The notes under the pieces: generated by a model
The model's database searches: none
What the model saw: only the letters and a program-made list of their open reading frames with translations
What the model was told of the DNA's origin: nothing
Shown here: positions 24,999-27,475 of the stretch, piece after piece
How the letters are laid out: every line of letters starts with the position of its first letter
Numbering within the stretch: position 1 is the stretch's first letter
Program-made: the position numbers and the translations under genes
NCBI GenBank assembly: GCA_035573595.1
Contig: DATMZP010000605.1
Location: 1 to 27,475 of the forward strand
Direction of reading: 5' to 3'
Source: Hyphomicrobiaceae bacterium
Lineage (GTDB): Bacteria > Pseudomonadota > Alphaproteobacteria > Rhizobiales > Hyphomicrobiaceae
Length of the DNA: 27,475 bases

Positions 24999-26409
24999 GA
25001 GCCAGCTCCACGTCGGCCAAATTGAGCTCGGCGACGATCGTCATTCCGCCATCGTGCGTCGGCGCGAGCTCCAGCGCCCCACCCAGGGCTTCTATCCGGT
25101 TACGCAGGCCTTCGAGCGCGGGGCAGCTGAAGAGCCGTTGGGCATCTGGGTGCAAGGTACCGCGCCCACCGGCGATCCTCAAGGTCAGGGACTGATCCTC
25201 TGCGGACGCGCTTACGCTTTGCACCAACGCCGGGTAGGTGCTGCCGAGCCCCTCTAGCGTGAAGCGATAGAGCGCCGTCTTCAGCGGGAACGGTAGCTGG
25301 TCCGGCAGTCCATGGCTCTCCAGCTTGACGTTCACGCCCGTCAGACGCTCATGATGCGCCGCGGCTCTGTCGAGAGTGTCCCGCAGAGAAAGGCATTCGA
25401 TATCAGTCGGGGGAAAGCCGCCGTAAATGCCACGGATGTGCTGGAGGGTCGCGTTCAATGCCTCTCGGATTGTCGTCAAGTCCTCTTTGTAGCCGTCGAC
25501 GGAAATGGGGGCAACCGAGTTGGCCCTGGTAGCGAGTTCCTCCAGCGCCTCGAATTTCAACAATGCCAGCGCAATGTACTGCCCTGGCCCTTCGTTCAAT
25601 CCGGTTCCCATGCTCCGCAAACATCGCTCGTTCATCGCACAGACTTGGAGGTTCGCTTCACTGACCCTCTTGCGGCGTCGTTCGCTCTCCCCCATGCGGT
25701 CGAGAAGAAAGCTGCGTTCGACCTCGCCCGAGCCGACCAGGATGAACAACAGTATGACGATCGTCAGGGTAGTGGCCAGAACGGCTAACCAAGCAGAGAG
25801 CTGATGGACCAAGACCTCATGCTTCAACTCGACTCCGATCTCGTAGGTTTCGGCCAAAGCGATGATGCGATTGGTGCCCCCTTGGCGTACCGGTGCGTAC
25901 ACTTCGAGCACCGGCACCTTTAGCGACCGCACCTGTTCATCGTCATCGCCGTCCGGCTGCTCGAATTCAAGGGCAACCTGACCCCGCAGCGCAAGCTCAC
26001 GCGCAGCGGTGCGCGCAAACGTCCGGCCAATAAGGTCGCGCTCGTTGCTGAAGACCACGGTATCGCCCTTCCAGATGCGAAAAGCGATAACCGGCCTATG
26101 CATGGAGGCTGGCGACAAAAGCCCATCGAGGGCCAACCGGTTCTCGTCGGAAATGGTGGACTTGCTCTCAAGCTCCTGTACGTGCCGTTCGACAAAATTG
26201 CTCATGTAAAGAGCCGCTGCCGACGCATGCTTTTGCAGCACGTTTTCCCTGGCGTGCCCGGCTACGACCATACCGAGATACGTCATGGCGGCAACGACCA
26301 ACCCCGACGCGCCGACCGCGGCCTTCAATGGAAGGGGCAGCCCCCGCCACCAGGTCGCAAGCTGCGAGGCGTTCAGCACGGAAGCTCGGTAAAACCAGGT
26401 CAGGGCCAT
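24991..26409 (-). CDS. Two-TM sensor histidine kinase homolog (HisKA_3/HATPase layout) with a degenerate catalytic core
   Basis: TM-periplasmic domain-TM architecture, then GLNEGPGQ where LHDG is expected, YRFTLEGLGS where N-box QE.LNN is expected, and a C-terminal GLRNRIEALGG.L...GG.TI. Full-length open frame. Confidence 0.85.
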   Translation of the reverse strand: MALTWFYRASVLNASQLATWWRGLPLPLKAAVGASGLVVAAMTYLGMVVAGHARENVLQKHASAAALYMSNFVERHVQELESKSTISDENRLALDGLLSPASMHRPVIAFRIWKGDTVVFSNERDLIGRTFARTAARELALRGQVALEFEQPDGDDDEQVRSLKVPVLEVYAPVRQGGTNRIIALAETYEIGVELKHEVLVHQLSAWLAVLATTLTIVILLFILVGSGEVERSFLLDRMGESERRRKRVSEANLQVCAMNERCLRSMGTGLNEGPGQYIALALLKFEALEELATRANSVAPISVDGYKEDLTTIREALNATLQHIRGIYGGFPPTDIECLSLRDTLDRAAAHHERLTGVNVKLESHGLPDQLPFPLKTALYRFTLEGLGSTYPALVQSVSASAEDQSLTLRIAGGRGTLHPDAQRLFSCPALEGLRNRIEALGGALELAPTHDGGMTIVAELNLADVELARD

Positions 26410-26647
26410 GGCTATTGTTTACTCGGTTCTCCGCCGGCGCCTATACAGAGCAAGGTCGCACAGATGATTGGGACCAACGCACAATAGAGTACGAAACGGA
26501 CCGATAGACCAAGAGACGACCGATTGTCGTGCCCCGGTCTCTCGCTTGCATGCGGACCCCCGCTCTAGGATCGGCTCCGGCAAATCGTGTTGCTGCACAC
26601 GCCAGCTTTGCCTCTCGGGGCACTGGTTGGAGCGAACGGGGGATGAA

Positions 26648-27475
26648 ATGGTCACCTTCATTAGATCCGATCTCGAGTTCATTCTCAACCAGATCCTGAT
26701 CGCCGAGAGCGGCGGTATCGACGGCTCCAATCTTGTAAACGTCCTGCCCAACGTGCAAGTGCCTTGGGGGCTGCGCACGGTCGACGGGTCGTACAATAAC
26801 CTGGTCTTCATCGACAATTCCACGGTGAGCATCGACCAGACCCAGTTCGGAGCGGCCGACACGGTCTTCCCGCGCCTCTTGACCCCGGTATTCCGCCCGG
26901 CGGACCTCGGTACGTCCTACGCGCAGACCTCGGGAACGGTCGTCGACGCGCAACCGCGCATCATCTCGAACCTGATTGTCGATCAGACAGCGAATAATCC
27001 AGCGGCGGTGGCGGCTGCGGCGGGGAACGACGGGGCTGCGACGGTTTTCAGTCCGGGGCTCGACGGCGTTTTCGGAACGGCCGACGACAGCCCGGTCTTC
27101 TACATCCCCAACGTGAAACCCGACTTCGGCCTGACCGTGCCGTTCAACGCCTGGTTCACGTTCTTCGGGCAGTTCTTCGATCACGGACTCGATCTTGTCA
27201 CCAAAGGTGGGCAGGACATCATCTTCGTTCCGCTGCAGCCCGACGATCCGCTGTTCGAGCCGGGCTCGCCGACCAATTTCATGGTCGAGACGCGCGCGAC
27301 CAACATTGCCGTTCATCCCGGGCCCGACGGCGTGCTCGGCACGGCCGACGACATCCACGACAACGAGAACACCACCACGCCGTTCGTGGACCAGAACCAG
27401 ACGTACACATCTCACCCCTCGCACCAGGTGTTCCTGCGCGCCTACCAGCTGATGCTGGTGGACCCGGACGGGATC
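26648..27475 (+). CDS. Bacterial heme peroxidase (peroxidase-cyclooxygenase / animal heme peroxidase family), N-terminal part, runs off the window end
   Basis: Open frame from ATG 26648 to the window end: MVTFIRSDLEFILNQILIAE...VPWGLRTVDGSYNNL...FGAADTVFPRL...QPRIISNLIVDQ...FTFFGQFFDHGLDL...TPFVDQNQTYTSHPSHQVFLRAY. GQ..DH is the distal motif of this superfamily. Missing from the ORF track because no stop falls in the window. Confidence 0.88.
   Translation, partial: MVTFIRSDLEFILNQILIAESGGIDGSNLVNVLPNVQVPWGLRTVDGSYNNLVFIDNSTVSIDQTQFGAADTVFPRLLTPVFRPADLGTSYAQTSGTVVDAQPRIISNLIVDQTANNPAAVAAAAGNDGAATVFSPGLDGVFGTADDSPVFYIPNVKPDFGLTVPFNAWFTFFGQFFDHGLDLVTKGGQDIIFVPLQPDDPLFEPGSPTNFMVETRATNIAVHPGPDGVLGTADDIHDNENTTTPFVDQNQTYTSHPSHQVFLRAYQLMLVDPDGI

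Overview
High-GC bacterial window, most likely a soil-type alphaproteobacterium (Hyphomicrobiales-like; inferred from gene content and a GTTC-N7-GTTC-type LexA box). Left to right it holds: the 3' end of an agmatinase/arginase-family gene; dinB (DNA polymerase IV) with a probable SOS box; a class I cytochrome c; a TetR-MFP-RND efflux operon; an ArsR-SRPBCC-small membrane protein operon; an ankyrin-repeat protein with a structured 5' leader; a small IS66 transposase scar; a Tat-exported Cys-type formate dehydrogenase operon (small Tat protein, fdhABC); an intact PAS sensor kinase and FixJ/NodW-type regulator separated by small secreted-peptide ORFs; an AraC regulator; a Bug/TctC binding protein plus FAD monooxygenase; and a lower-GC block. 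That block carries a kinase/NarL-type regulator pair in which both partners have lost their phosphotransfer residues. The pair is divergent from a bacterial heme peroxidase (peroxidase-cyclooxygenase superfamily) that runs off the right end and is missing from the ORF track. A REP-like palindrome family (GGTGTCAGACCC-N3-GGGTCTGACACC) recurs at gene boundaries. No rRNA, tRNA or CRISPR array was seen. Family assignments come from motif recognition by eye, not database searches. The best leads are the apparently phosphorylation-independent two-component pair beside the peroxidase and the candidate cis-regulatory RNA ahead of the ankyrin gene.
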